Shown: positions 49,695 through 59,144, counted from the first letter of the stretch. The stretch is DNA of 64,000 nt from Gammaproteobacteria bacterium (GCA_041483135.1 JBGPFE010000019.1:171-64170), one strand, 5' to 3'. A program made the numbers and translations. The notes: a model not told the origin generated them from the letters alone.

Positions 49695-50777
49695 TCAGGC
49701 GGCGAGCCAGGACTTGCCCGGGTCCTTGGTTTCGCCCTTCTCCAGCGCATCCAGAATCTTGCGCACGATCAGTATCGACTTGTCCGAGCGCAGGTGCACT
49801 TCCGAATAGCCGTCTTCCGCGTACGCAAACATCTTCTGCTGCCGCTCGAGCGCCCAGCGGTCCTGGTCGACCACCGCCGGGAACATTTCCTGCATGCGTT
49901 CCATCGTGGTCTTGCCCGGATCCAGGCTCTTCTGCCCTTTCGGCACCGTGATGGTCCAGCGCCAGATATGATTGGTTTCGTCGATCGGCGTGTGCGAGTG
50001 ATGCAGGATATAGCCGCGCTCAGCCGCGGTATCGAGCTGTCCCGGCGGCGCGCAGCGCAGCCGCACGCGCGTGAGTCCCGGATTCGACATCTGGTGCGTG
50101 TGTATGCGGTCCACGGTCTCGTAGCCGAACCAGTCGACCAGGAACGGCGGATGCTTGTAGTTGTTCACCTTGCGTACGGTCTTGATCGACGGGTTGCCGT
50201 CCACCTCCTGCTCGATGAATTCGATCGGGATCTTGCTGTTGGCGAGATCGCCGATGTTGCCGTCGTGCAGCGGGTAGAAGTGCGTGATATCGAGCAGGTT
50301 CTCGATCAACAGCAGGTAGTTGGCCGGCACGTGGATCGGCGGGCAGGTGTAGTTGTCCCATTCGTCGCTTACGAACTCCGGCGTGCGAGGCGGCCGCGCT
50401 TTGCCCATTTTATCGGGGTCGCCCGCCCAGACCCACACGACACCGTCCTGCTCGATCACCGGAAACGGCTTGAGCTTCGCGCGCGACGGAATCGGCACGT
50501 CCATTTGCGAGGGAATTGCCACGCACTTGCCGTTGCCGTCATAGGTAAAACCGTGATACGAACATTCGAGCGTGCCGTTGTCCAGGATCTTGCCGCACGA
50601 AAGCGGCATGCGCTTGTGGACGCAACGGTCATCGAACGCGACGACCTTCCCTTCGCCCGTGCGCCAGATCACGATCGGCTTCTTGGCGATCACCACGCCC
50701 TGCAACTTGTTGGTTGCGAATTCCGCGGACATGCCGGCGACGTACCAGGCATTCTGCACGAAACTTTTGGCTATCAT
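49695..50777 (-). CDS. Rieske [2Fe-2S] aromatic-ring-hydroxylating oxygenase, alpha subunit (VanA/phthalate-family-like)
   Basis: CVHKRMPLSCGKILDNGTLECSYHGF (CxH...CxxH) plus a C-terminal catalytic domain. Confidence 0.9.
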   Translation of the reverse strand: MIAKSFVQNAWYVAGMSAEFATNKLQGVVIAKKPIVIWRTGEGKVVAFDDRCVHKRMPLSCGKILDNGTLECSYHGFTYDGNGKCVAIPSQMDVPIPSRAKLKPFPVIEQDGVVWVWAGDPDKMGKARPPRTPEFVSDEWDNYTCPPIHVPANYLLLIENLLDITHFYPLHDGNIGDLANSKIPIEFIEQEVDGNPSIKTVRKVNNYKHPPFLVDWFGYETVDRIHTHQMSNPGLTRVRLRCAPPGQLDTAAERGYILHHSHTPIDETNHIWRWTITVPKGQKSLDPGKTTMERMQEMFPAVVDQDRWALERQQKMFAYAEDGYSEVHLRSDKSILIVRKILDALEKGETKDPGKSWLAA

Positions 50778-50965
50778 CCCGACCTCCTTGTTGCGGTGCG
50801 GCCCCGCGTTACGCGCAGGCGCCGGTCAGCGCACAAACGATAACCGATAGCGGCGGCGGCCGCGAATGATTTTAGTTATAAATCGTATAAGGATACGTGA
50901 TGGCCGCGGCCGGCGGCGCAGCTTAGAATACGCATCTTTCCAACCCTTTCCCCCGGGGGTTACTG

Positions 50966-52141
50966 ATGACCCGATCCACAGCCGGCCCGTTGGCGGGGCT
51001 GAAAGTCCTCGAATTCGGGCAAATCGCCGCTGGCCCCTTCGCCGGCTCGCTCTTGGCCGATCTCGGTGCCGATGTCGTCAAAATCGAGAAGCCCGACGGC
51101 GGCGACGACATGCGGCAATGGCCGCCGGTCAGCACGGGCGACAAAGGTCCCGGCTACAGTGAGAACTTCGCCTCGGTCAACCGCAACAAGCGCAGCATCG
51201 CGGTTGACCTCAAGGACGCGGCGCAGGTCGCGCGGCTCAAGCGGCTGTGCGAAAAAGCCGACGCGATCGTCGAGAATTTCCGCCCCGGCGTGCTCGAACG
51301 CCTCGGCCTCGGCTACCAAACCCTGAGCGCGGCCTCCCCCCGGCTCGTCTACTGCTCGATCAATGGTTACGGCCACACGGGACCGTACGCGTCGAAGGGC
51401 GCGTTCGACGCCACGGTGCAGGGCATCAGCGGCGTGATGAGCGTGACCGGCGAGCCCGACGGCCCGCCGGTCAAGTGCGGCGTGCCGATCGGCGATTTCG
51501 GCGCCGGTCTTTACGGCGCGTTCTGCATCACGGCGGCGATCCTGCAGGCCAGAGAGACCGGGCGCGGTGCATTCATTGATTGCTCGATGCTCGCGGGGCT
51601 CCTCGGCATCGCCGCGCTGCAGACCAGCGAATACTTCGGCACCGGCAAGGCGCCGCGGCGGCTGGGTTCCGCTCACCCGCGCGCTGCGCCTTATCAAGGA
51701 TTTCAGGCGAGCGACGCGCCGTTCATGATCGCCGCCGGCAACGACAAGCTGTGGCATGACGTGTGCGAAGCAGTCGGCATGCCGCGGCTCAAGACCGATC
51801 CGCGTTTCGCGACCAATGCGCTGCGCGCGAAAAACCAGCAAGCGCTCGAAAAAATCCTGCAATCGGTGTTCTCCGGGCGCACCAAGGCCGAGTGGCTCGC
51901 CGAATTCGATCGCCGCGGCGTGCCGTGCGCGCCGATCAACACCTATCCCGAGATTCTCAACGACCCGCACGTGCGGGCGATCGGGCTCGTGCGCGACATG
52001 ACGCTGCCGAACGGCAAACGGACGAAAACCGTCGCGTTCCCGATGAAGATCAGTGGCTACGAATTCAGCGTCTACCGCAACCCGCCCCGGCTCGGCGAGC
52101 ACAACGAGGAAGTTTTTGCCGAGTGGCTGGGCGCGAAGTAA
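50966..52141 (+). CDS. class III CoA-transferase (CaiB/BaiF family)
   Basis: GPLAGLKVLEFGQIAAGPFAGSLLADLGADVVKIE. Confidence 0.92.
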   Translation: MTRSTAGPLAGLKVLEFGQIAAGPFAGSLLADLGADVVKIEKPDGGDDMRQWPPVSTGDKGPGYSENFASVNRNKRSIAVDLKDAAQVARLKRLCEKADAIVENFRPGVLERLGLGYQTLSAASPRLVYCSINGYGHTGPYASKGAFDATVQGISGVMSVTGEPDGPPVKCGVPIGDFGAGLYGAFCITAAILQARETGRGAFIDCSMLAGLLGIAALQTSEYFGTGKAPRRLGSAHPRAAPYQGFQASDAPFMIAAGNDKLWHDVCEAVGMPRLKTDPRFATNALRAKNQQALEKILQSVFSGRTKAEWLAEFDRRGVPCAPINTYPEILNDPHVRAIGLVRDMTLPNGKRTKTVAFPMKISGYEFSVYRNPPRLGEHNEEVFAEWLGAK

Positions 52142-52161
52142 AAATAGTGTTTAGCATCGTT

Positions 52162-52231
52162 GTCATTCCCGCGCAGGCGGGAAACCAGGGGAATCGACTT
52201 ATTACTGGATGCCAGCCTGCTCTGGCATGAC
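52162..52231. repeat. REP/MITE-like element GTCATTCCCGCGCAGGCGGGAA...ATGCCAGCCTGCTCTGGCATGAC
   Basis: Two hairpins (TTCCCGC-GCAG-GCGGGAA; ATGCCAG-CCTGCT-CTGGCAT) and GTCAT.../...ATGAC termini; single copy in the window. Confidence 0.6.
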
Positions 52232-52269
52232 GAACTTCCTCAACACCCGGCATTCTCGAAGGAGCGACC

Positions 52270-52814
52270 GTGGCAAGAGTCAGCGATATCCCGCCCGAGA
52301 AAGTCCCTGCCGACGTACGTGATGTTTATTTGAATTTCGCCGGCGGCTACGGCCCGTTCCGCAACCAGGTCGGCGTGTTCGCGCACGTGCCCTCCAGCGT
52401 CAAGCACCTGATGGGCATGCTGCTCGAGCTGCGCGAGCAAAAAAACGTGCCGTTCCGCTACATCGAACTCGCGATAGTGGTGGCGTCCAAACTCAACGAG
52501 TGCCACTACTGCGTCGCGCAGCACACGTCGCTGCTCACCGCCGAGGGCATTTCAGCCGAAGGCGCCGGCCGTCTGCTCGACTACCAGAACCATCCCGAAC
52601 TCGACGCAGTCGACAAACTGGTCGTCGAATACACGATCCAGGTCACCAACTCGCCGCAACGTATCCGCGACAAAATGTTCGAGCGATTGAGCAACATTTC
52701 AACGAAGCGCAGATCGTGGAACTCACGCTGCGCATCGCGCTGTGCGGTTTCTTCAACCGCTTCAATGACGCGCTGATGATAGACGCCGAAGCCGAAGCGC
52801 TCACCCGCCCCTGA
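52270..52814 (+). pseudogene. carboxymuconolactone decarboxylase (AhpD-like) family gene with an apparent 1-nt frameshift
   Basis: Frame 1 gives ...NECHYCVAQH...IRDKMFERL, then nonsense. The frame starting at 52500 continues ...IEQHFNEAQIVELTLRIALCGFFNRFNDALMID to a stop at 52814. The switch is near 52685. Confidence 0.65.
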
Positions 52815-52823
52815 GGCGATGCT

Positions 52824-53579
52824 TCAGACAAGCAGGCCGCTGCCGCCATCCCACAGCAACTTCGCGCCGACCGCAAACGTAAGCGCATAGCAGATGCGGT
52901 AGAACCAGAATGGGGTCAGGCGCCGGTTCATCCAGATGCCGATGCGGATCCCGAGCGGCGTGAGAGGCAGCAACACCAGCGAAGCGAGCAGGTTGCGGTT
53001 ATCGAATTGTCCGAGCGCGGCGTAGGGAATGAGCTTCAGGTAATTGATCGCTCCCCAGAATATCACCGTCGTGGCGACGAACCGCGCTTTGTCCAGCCGC
53101 TGCGGCAGCAGATACATATTGAGCGGCGGGCCGCCGGCGTGCGCGAGAAAGCTGGTGTAGCCGGCCACCGAGCTCCATACCGACCCCTTCCAGACGTTGG
53201 GCCGCTCCGGGGGCAGATCGCGCGCCCCGATCCAGTAATGCAGCGTGAACGCCACCGCGATCAGGCCGACGATCACCTTGATGCTGTTGTCGGTGAGCAT
53301 GCCGGCGCTCAGCCAGCCGACGGCGACACCGATCACGCCCGCGGGCAGCATCACCCGCATGTTGGCGCGATCCCATTGCCTGCGGTAGCTCCAGATCGCG
53401 AACACATCCATCGTGCACAGCACCGGCAGCATGATTGCCGCTGCCTGCAACGGCGGCACCGTCAGCGCGATCATCGGCACCGACAGCACACCCAGCCCGC
53501 TGGCAAATCCGCCCTTGTTGATCGCCGACAGCAGCACCGCCGGGATCGCCACCGCGTAGAACCACGGATCGCTGATCAT
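52824..53579 (-). CDS. TauE/SafE-family anion (sulfite-type) exporter
   Basis: 251 aa, 7-8 TM; ...INKGGFASGLGVLSVPM... Confidence 0.88.
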   Translation of the reverse strand: MISDPWFYAVAIPAVLLSAINKGGFASGLGVLSVPMIALTVPPLQAAAIMLPVLCTMDVFAIWSYRRQWDRANMRVMLPAGVIGVAVGWLSAGMLTDNSIKVIVGLIAVAFTLHYWIGARDLPPERPNVWKGSVWSSVAGYTSFLAHAGGPPLNMYLLPQRLDKARFVATTVIFWGAINYLKLIPYAALGQFDNRNLLASLVLLPLTPLGIRIGIWMNRRLTPFWFYRICYALTFAVGAKLLWDGGSGLLV

Positions 53580-53644
53580 CCGCTGCAGTATAACCGCGCG
53601 CCGTTACCGCCAAATGCGCGTTCGTGATAGATTTGCGGTTCGCT

Positions 53645-53658
53645 TTGACAAAGATCAA
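53645..53658. promoter_or_regulatory. FNR/CRP-family-type box TTGAC-AAAG-ATCAA
   Basis: Same half-sites as the box at 39963; centred 72 nt upstream of the TauE-like ATG and 159 nt upstream of the ThDP-enzyme ATG. Confidence 0.4.
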
Positions 53659-53810
53659 AAAAGCGCCGCCGCAAAGAGCGCATAAGTGGCAAGCGAGGCG
53701 AGCTGAAGAAGGAGTCAGGAGCAACAGGCTCGGCAAAACGGCCGCGATCCTGACCATGCGACTCGGCCTCCCGCCCGACACTTCGCGCTTTTCTCGCTAA
53801 CGGTGACAAC

Positions 53811-55502
53811 ATGAAAATGACTGAATCCACCCTCACCCGCACCGGAGGACAATTGCTCATCGACGCGCTCAGGGTGCACGGCGTCGACATGGTCTTCGGG
53901 GTCCCGGGGGAAAGTTATCTCGCCGCGCTCGACGCGTTCTACGATGCGCGCAACGACATCAAGTTCGTGATCTGCCGGCAGGAAGGCGGCGCCGCCAACA
54001 TGGCCGAGGCCTACGGCAAGCTGACCGGCCGTCCCGGCATCTGTTTCGTCACGCGCGGCCCGGGCGCGGCCAACGCGAGCATCGGCATCCACACCGCATT
54101 CCAGGATTCGACGCCGGTGATCCTGTTCATCGGCCAGATCGACAACGAGTACGCCGAGCGCGAAGCGTTCCAGGAAATCGACTACCGCCGCATGTACGGC
54201 CAGATGGCGAAATGGGTCGCGCAGATCGACCGCCCCGAGCGCGTGCCTGAAATGGTGAGCCACGCGTTTCATCTCGCCGTATCCGGACGTCCCGGCCCGG
54301 TCGTGCTCGCGCTGCCGGAAGACATGCAGACCGCGACCGCGGCGGTCGCTGATACCGCGCGCTACCAGCGCGTCGCCGCGCATCCGGGCGCGGACGCCAT
54401 GAACAAGCTGCGCGACATGCTCGAGCACGCGCAACGCCCGTTCGTGATGCTTGGCGGAGGCGGCTGGAACGCGCAGGCATGCGCCGACTTGCAGGTGTTC
54501 GCCGAAGCGAATGCGCTGCCGGTCGGGTGCGCCTACCGCTGCCAGGACCTCCTCGACAACCGCCATCCGAATTACGTCGGCGACATCGCGGTCGGACTCA
54601 ATCCCGCGCTCGAGAGCCGCATCCGCAACGCCGATCTGCTGCTCGCGGTCGGCCCGCGGCTTGGCGAATGGACGACCATCAATTACACGCTGATCGACAT
54701 CCCGCGGCCGAAGCAGAAATTCGTGCACGTCCACGCCGGCGCGGAAGAACTCGGCCGCGTCTATCAGGCTGACCTGCTGATCAACTCCGGCATGCCGGAA
54801 TTCGCCGCGGCTGCGCGCAAGCTGTCACCCGTGAAAGCCGCGTGGGCGGACGCGACCAAAACCGCGCGCGCCGAATACGATGCGTGGCAAAAGCCGGTCG
54901 CGACGCCGGGCGCGCTTAACATGAGCGAGGTAATCGCGTTCCTGCGCCAGCGCCTGCCGCCCGGGACCATCATTACGAACGGCGCCGGCAATTTCTCGCT
55001 ATGGGTGCACCGCTTTTATCAATACACGGGCTTCCGCACCCAGCTCGGGCCGACCAGCGGCGCGATGGGTTACGGCGTGCCGTCGGGGGTCGCCGCCAAG
55101 CTCGTGCATCCCGGGCGCCCGGTCGTGTCGTTCGCGGGTGACGGCGACTTTCTGATGAGCGGCCAGGAACTCGCAACGGCGGCGCAATATGACGCGAAAG
55201 TCATTTTCATCGTCGTCAACAACGGCATGTACGGCACCATTCGCATGCATCAGGAAAAACACTACCCGGGTCGCGTGAGCGGCACCGAGATCCGCAACCC
55301 CGATTTCGCCGCACTCGCGCGCGCCTACGGCCTGCACGGCGAGATCGTCGCGAAGACCGCCGATTTCGCGCCGGCGTTCGAGCGGGCGTGGAACGCCAAA
55401 ACCGCAGCGCTGCTCGAGCTCAGGATAGATCCCGATTCGATTTCGCCGCGCACGACGCTTTCCGCGATCCGCGCCGAGGCGCTGAAAAACATGAAAGCGT
55501 GA
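53811..55502 (+). CDS. thiamine-diphosphate-dependent enzyme (acetolactate synthase large-subunit-like)
   Basis: GVDMVFGVPGESYLA, ICRQEGGAANMAEAYGK, ThDP motif GDGDFLMSGQEL...VVNNGMYG. Confidence 0.92.
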   Translation: MKMTESTLTRTGGQLLIDALRVHGVDMVFGVPGESYLAALDAFYDARNDIKFVICRQEGGAANMAEAYGKLTGRPGICFVTRGPGAANASIGIHTAFQDSTPVILFIGQIDNEYAEREAFQEIDYRRMYGQMAKWVAQIDRPERVPEMVSHAFHLAVSGRPGPVVLALPEDMQTATAAVADTARYQRVAAHPGADAMNKLRDMLEHAQRPFVMLGGGGWNAQACADLQVFAEANALPVGCAYRCQDLLDNRHPNYVGDIAVGLNPALESRIRNADLLLAVGPRLGEWTTINYTLIDIPRPKQKFVHVHAGAEELGRVYQADLLINSGMPEFAAAARKLSPVKAAWADATKTARAEYDAWQKPVATPGALNMSEVIAFLRQRLPPGTIITNGAGNFSLWVHRFYQYTGFRTQLGPTSGAMGYGVPSGVAAKLVHPGRPVVSFAGDGDFLMSGQELATAAQYDAKVIFIVVNNGMYGTIRMHQEKHYPGRVSGTEIRNPDFAALARAYGLHGEIVAKTADFAPAFERAWNAKTAALLELRIDPDSISPRTTLSAIRAEALKNMKA

Positions 55503-55602
55503 AGGGTGAACGGTGAATGAGTGAACCCCCTCACCCTGGCCCTCTCCCCCGGTAACGGGGGAGAGGGAATTTTTCACCCCTTCACCCCTTCACTCCTTCA
55601 CT
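55499..55602. repeat. heptamer-armed palindromic element, family A copy 4
   Basis: GTGAAGGGTGAACGGTGAATGAGTGAACCCCC...CCCTCTCCCCCG-GTAA-CGGGGGAGAGGG...TTTTCACCCCTTCACCCCTTCACTCCTTCAC. Confidence 0.88.
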
Positions 55603-55626
55603 GATTCTCGCGCATCAATACAAACC

Positions 55627-56589
55627 GTGATCCGTTACATCAACGAAGCGGAAGTCGCAAAAATCCTGACGATGCCGAAAGCCGTCGAGCTCGTCGAGGC
55701 GGCGCTCAAGGCGCGCGCCGAGGGCCGCGCCGTGGACGTGCCGCGCGTGCGCACGCGCACGCCGTCCGGCACACTGCACGTGATGCAGGCCGCGGCGCCC
55801 GAGCTGAAGCTGATCGGCTATAAAGCCTATTACTCGCAGCCGGGCAAAGGCACGCGTTTCCATGTCCACCTGCACGATATCGACGGCGGCAAACTCATCG
55901 CCATGATCGAGGCGAGCCATCTCGGGATGGTACGCACGGGCGCGGCAAGCGGCGTGGCGACGCGCTACATGGCACGCCAGGACTCTTCGATAGTCGGCAT
56001 GATCGGCGCCGGCAAGCAGGCGGTCGGCCAACTCGAGGCGGTGTGCGAAGTGCGCAAGATACGCGAGGTCAGGGTCTACAGCCGCAACACCGAGCGGGCG
56101 CGCGGTTTCTGCGCAGCATTGAGCGGCAAGTTGGGTGTGAAAATGCAAGTGGTGGAAACTGCCGCCGAGGCGGTGCGCGGCGCCGACATCGTCAACGTCA
56201 TCACCAAGGCCGCGACGCCGGTGCTCGAAGGCCGCTGGCTCGAGCCCGGCCAGCACGTCAACGCCGCTGGCTCCAATTCGCTGATCCGCCGCGAACTCGA
56301 CGAGGCAGCGGTGCGGCGCTGCGCTCGCGTGGTAGTCGACTCGCGCGCGACCGCGCGCAACGAATGCGGCGACCTGCTGCCGCTCATCGAGAATGGCCTG
56401 CTCGACTGGGATGCGCTGCCGGAGCTTGGTGAAGTGATCGTCGGACGCGTGCCGGGGCGCCGCACGCCCGACGAGATCACGCTTTACGAATCGCACGGCA
56501 TGGCCATCCAGGACATATACACCGCCAAGTACGTACTCGATGCCGCGCGCGGGAAAAACATCGGCGTCGATCTGCCGATCGGCGAGTAG
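55627..56589 (+). CDS. ornithine cyclodeaminase / mu-crystallin family protein
   Basis: GTG start; MIRYINEAEV...HLGMVRTGAASGVATRYMA...GMIGAGKQA. Confidence 0.9.
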   Translation: MIRYINEAEVAKILTMPKAVELVEAALKARAEGRAVDVPRVRTRTPSGTLHVMQAAAPELKLIGYKAYYSQPGKGTRFHVHLHDIDGGKLIAMIEASHLGMVRTGAASGVATRYMARQDSSIVGMIGAGKQAVGQLEAVCEVRKIREVRVYSRNTERARGFCAALSGKLGVKMQVVETAAEAVRGADIVNVITKAATPVLEGRWLEPGQHVNAAGSNSLIRRELDEAAVRRCARVVVDSRATARNECGDLLPLIENGLLDWDALPELGEVIVGRVPGRRTPDEITLYESHGMAIQDIYTAKYVLDAARGKNIGVDLPIGE

Positions 56590-56598
56590 GCGCGCCGG

Positions 56599-57273
56599 AT
56601 GTTGCTCACGTTCCTCGCGCGGGAAGCTTCCAAGTTGCTGGGCTGGATCGCGGGCAACAATCCCGCCGACCTCCCACAGGTCGAGCGCCGGTGCGGCTCC
56701 TGGCACCACGCCGACATCGAATGGATGGCGAACCGGGTGCGCAATATTCCCGGCGATTTCGCCGAGATCGGCGTATTCCGCGGCGCTGCCTTCCGGCGAG
56801 TCGCCGCGCTGGCGGCGCAGCAGGGAAAACGTGCCCATGCGTTCGACAGCTTTGTCGGCATGGACGAGCCGACCGCCGCAGACGGCTGGCAATACCCGAA
56901 AGGAAAATTCGACATCGGAGGGCCCGGGCAATTCATCGAGCTGATGACCGAGGCCGGCGTAAGCCGCGAATCTTATCAGGTGTGGGCCGGCTATGTGCCC
57001 GCCTGTTTCGCCAACGTGCCGGAAGCCCTGCGCTTCGCGCTCGTCATACTCGACGTGGATCATTATCAGCCGACGGTCGACGCGTTGCGCTGGCTGCCTG
57101 CGCGCATCAGCGACCATGGCATACTCGCGCTCGACGACTACCTGCCGCGACAGAACGCGATGGCGACGAAGGCGATCAAGGAATTCCTCACGACCGACCA
57201 CGGTTTCGAGCAGATCGCGGATTTCAACCAGCAACTGATACTGCGCAAGCTGCCTTCAAATACCGGATCTTAG
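56599..57273 (+). CDS. TylF/macrocin-O-methyltransferase-like class I SAM methyltransferase
   Basis: IPGDFAEIGVFRGAAF and LDVDHYQPTVDALRWL....GILALDDY; starts 10 nt after the OCD stop. Confidence 0.85.
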   Translation: MLLTFLAREASKLLGWIAGNNPADLPQVERRCGSWHHADIEWMANRVRNIPGDFAEIGVFRGAAFRRVAALAAQQGKRAHAFDSFVGMDEPTAADGWQYPKGKFDIGGPGQFIELMTEAGVSRESYQVWAGYVPACFANVPEALRFALVILDVDHYQPTVDALRWLPARISDHGILALDDYLPRQNAMATKAIKEFLTTDHGFEQIADFNQQLILRKLPSNTGS

Positions 57274-57377
57274 CCGCAGGGATCACGGAAGACACGGGGT
57301 AAAGTCAAAAAAACAGATGTTGCATTTCGATTTTTCAGACTTTTATTATTCTCTGTGAACTCTGTGTCCTCTGTGGC
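57273..57377. repeat. heptamer-armed palindromic element, family B copy 3
   Basis: GCCGCAGGGATCACGGAAGACACGGGG...AT-rich centre...CTCTGTGAACTCTGTGTCCTCTGTGGC. Confidence 0.85.
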
Positions 57378-57412
57378 AGATTACGGTTTTTTATTTTATT
57401 AGGAATCCATTC

Positions 57413-58318
57413 ATGGGCCTCATTTCAGGAAAAATCGGTTTCATCGGCATCGGCGCGATGGGCACGCCCATGGCGACCAATCTGGCCAAAGCCGGCTGCA
57501 AGCTCGTGATCTACGATACCGATGCCAGGCGCACGCAGGCATTGGCCGCCACGCTCGAAATCGAAATTGCCGACAGCCTCGCCGCGCTCGGCGCCGCGTG
57601 CGGAACCGTGATCACCATGCTGCCCGACGGCAAGATCGTGCGCAAAGTCTTATGCGGACAGGCCGATGGCGACAAGAACTGCGTAATCGCGGGTCTCAAG
57701 CCCGGCTCGCTGGTGATCGACATGAGCTCGTCGTCGCCGATCGGCACGCGCGAGTTGGGCGCGCTGCTCGAAAAGCGCGGCATCAAGCTGATCGACGCGC
57801 CGGTGTCGAACGGAGTGAAAGGCGCGACGGCCGCCACGCTCGCCATCATGGTCGGCGGCGACCCCGCGCTCTTTGCGCAACAGCGTCCGCTGTTCGAAAA
57901 ACTCGGCAACCAGATATTTCACGCGGGACCGCTCGGCGCGGGCCACGCGGTGAAGGCGCTCAACAACTACGTGTCCGCGGCGGGCCTCGTCGCCGCGTGC
58001 GAAGCGGTCATCGCGGGACAGCGCTTCGGGCTCGACGCGGGCGTCATCGTCGATATTCTCAATGCGTCGAGCGGCATGAACAACACGACCCGCAACAAAA
58101 TAAAGCAGCACATGCTGTCCGGGACGTTCGGCGCTGGCTTCGTCACCGGCCTGATGGCGAAGGACGTGCGCACCGCGCTCGAAGTCGCTGCAGCGATGAA
58201 GGCGCCCACACTGCTCGCCAAGCCGTGCGTGGAAATCTGGAACCGGATGGAACGCGAGTTCGGTGCCGCCACCGACCACACCGAAATGTTCCGTTATCTC
58301 GAATCCGGCGTGAAATGA
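57413..58318 (+). CDS. NAD(P)-dependent beta-hydroxyacid dehydrogenase (3-hydroxyisobutyrate dehydrogenase family)
   Basis: KIGFIGIGAMGTPMATNL Rossmann motif; HIBADH-type C-terminal domain. Confidence 0.9.
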   Translation: MGLISGKIGFIGIGAMGTPMATNLAKAGCKLVIYDTDARRTQALAATLEIEIADSLAALGAACGTVITMLPDGKIVRKVLCGQADGDKNCVIAGLKPGSLVIDMSSSSPIGTRELGALLEKRGIKLIDAPVSNGVKGATAATLAIMVGGDPALFAQQRPLFEKLGNQIFHAGPLGAGHAVKALNNYVSAAGLVAACEAVIAGQRFGLDAGVIVDILNASSGMNNTTRNKIKQHMLSGTFGAGFVTGLMAKDVRTALEVAAAMKAPTLLAKPCVEIWNRMEREFGAATDHTEMFRYLESGVK

Positions 58319-58388
58319 CCGGCGCGCTGGCGCGGGCCGGCGCGGTTCGTTAATATGGCACCGTACGCCGATAAAACAGGGAGGCTCA

Positions 58389-59144
58389 ATGTCCACTGAC
58401 AAAATGCCGCGCGTTCTCAGCCTGCTGACGCTGCTGCTCGGTTTTGCTGCCGCGCCGGTGCAGGCGCTGCAACTGGTGACCGAAGAGTATGCGCCGTTCA
58501 ATTACACCGAAGGCAAGACTCTCAAGGGCCTGTCGACCCAGGTCGTGGCCGAAATGGGCGTGCGCGCGAACATGCCGATGGAGTTCCATTCGATGGCGTG
58601 GCGGCAGGCTTACGAGCGCGCGCAATCCAAACAAAACACGTGCGTCTTTTCGACCGTGCGGCTCGAGAATCGCGAGCGCATTTTCAAATGGGTCGGCCCG
58701 ATCGCGACCGACACCTGGGGCCTGTATGCGAAGAGCGCCTTCAGCGGTGAAATCAAGACGCTCGCGGACGCGCGTCCCTACCGGATCGGCGCCGTGACCG
58801 ACGACTACAAGGTGGAATGGCTCAAGCAGAAGGCCGTCACCAACATCGACACCGTCGACGTCGACAAGAAAAACCCGCCGCGGCTTACGCTCGACCGCAA
58901 AGAGCTCGGTGGCATCGACCTCTGGGTCGCGAGCATCTATTCTGCGCGCGAGGTCGCGGCAAGCGCCAAGGCGCCCGACATCAAGCTCCTGCTCAAAATC
59001 AACGAGCAGGAGCTGTGGCTCGCCTGCAATCCGGGCGTGCCCAACGTCACCGTCAAGGCGTTGCAGGGCGCGCTCGATGGCATGAAAAAGAACGGCACGT
59101 ACAAGAAAATCGTCGATTCATACGCCACGCGCCTTGCCAGGTAA
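58389..59144 (+). CDS. periplasmic solute-binding protein, family 3 (amino-acid ABC-type), orphan
   Basis: Signal peptide ...LLLGFAAAPVQA; LQLVTEEYAPFNY; no permease or ATPase adjacent. Confidence 0.8.
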   Translation: MSTDKMPRVLSLLTLLLGFAAAPVQALQLVTEEYAPFNYTEGKTLKGLSTQVVAEMGVRANMPMEFHSMAWRQAYERAQSKQNTCVFSTVRLENRERIFKWVGPIATDTWGLYAKSAFSGEIKTLADARPYRIGAVTDDYKVEWLKQKAVTNIDTVDVDKKNPPRLTLDRKELGGIDLWVASIYSAREVAASAKAPDIKLLLKINEQELWLACNPGVPNVTVKALQGALDGMKKNGTYKKIVDSYATRLAR

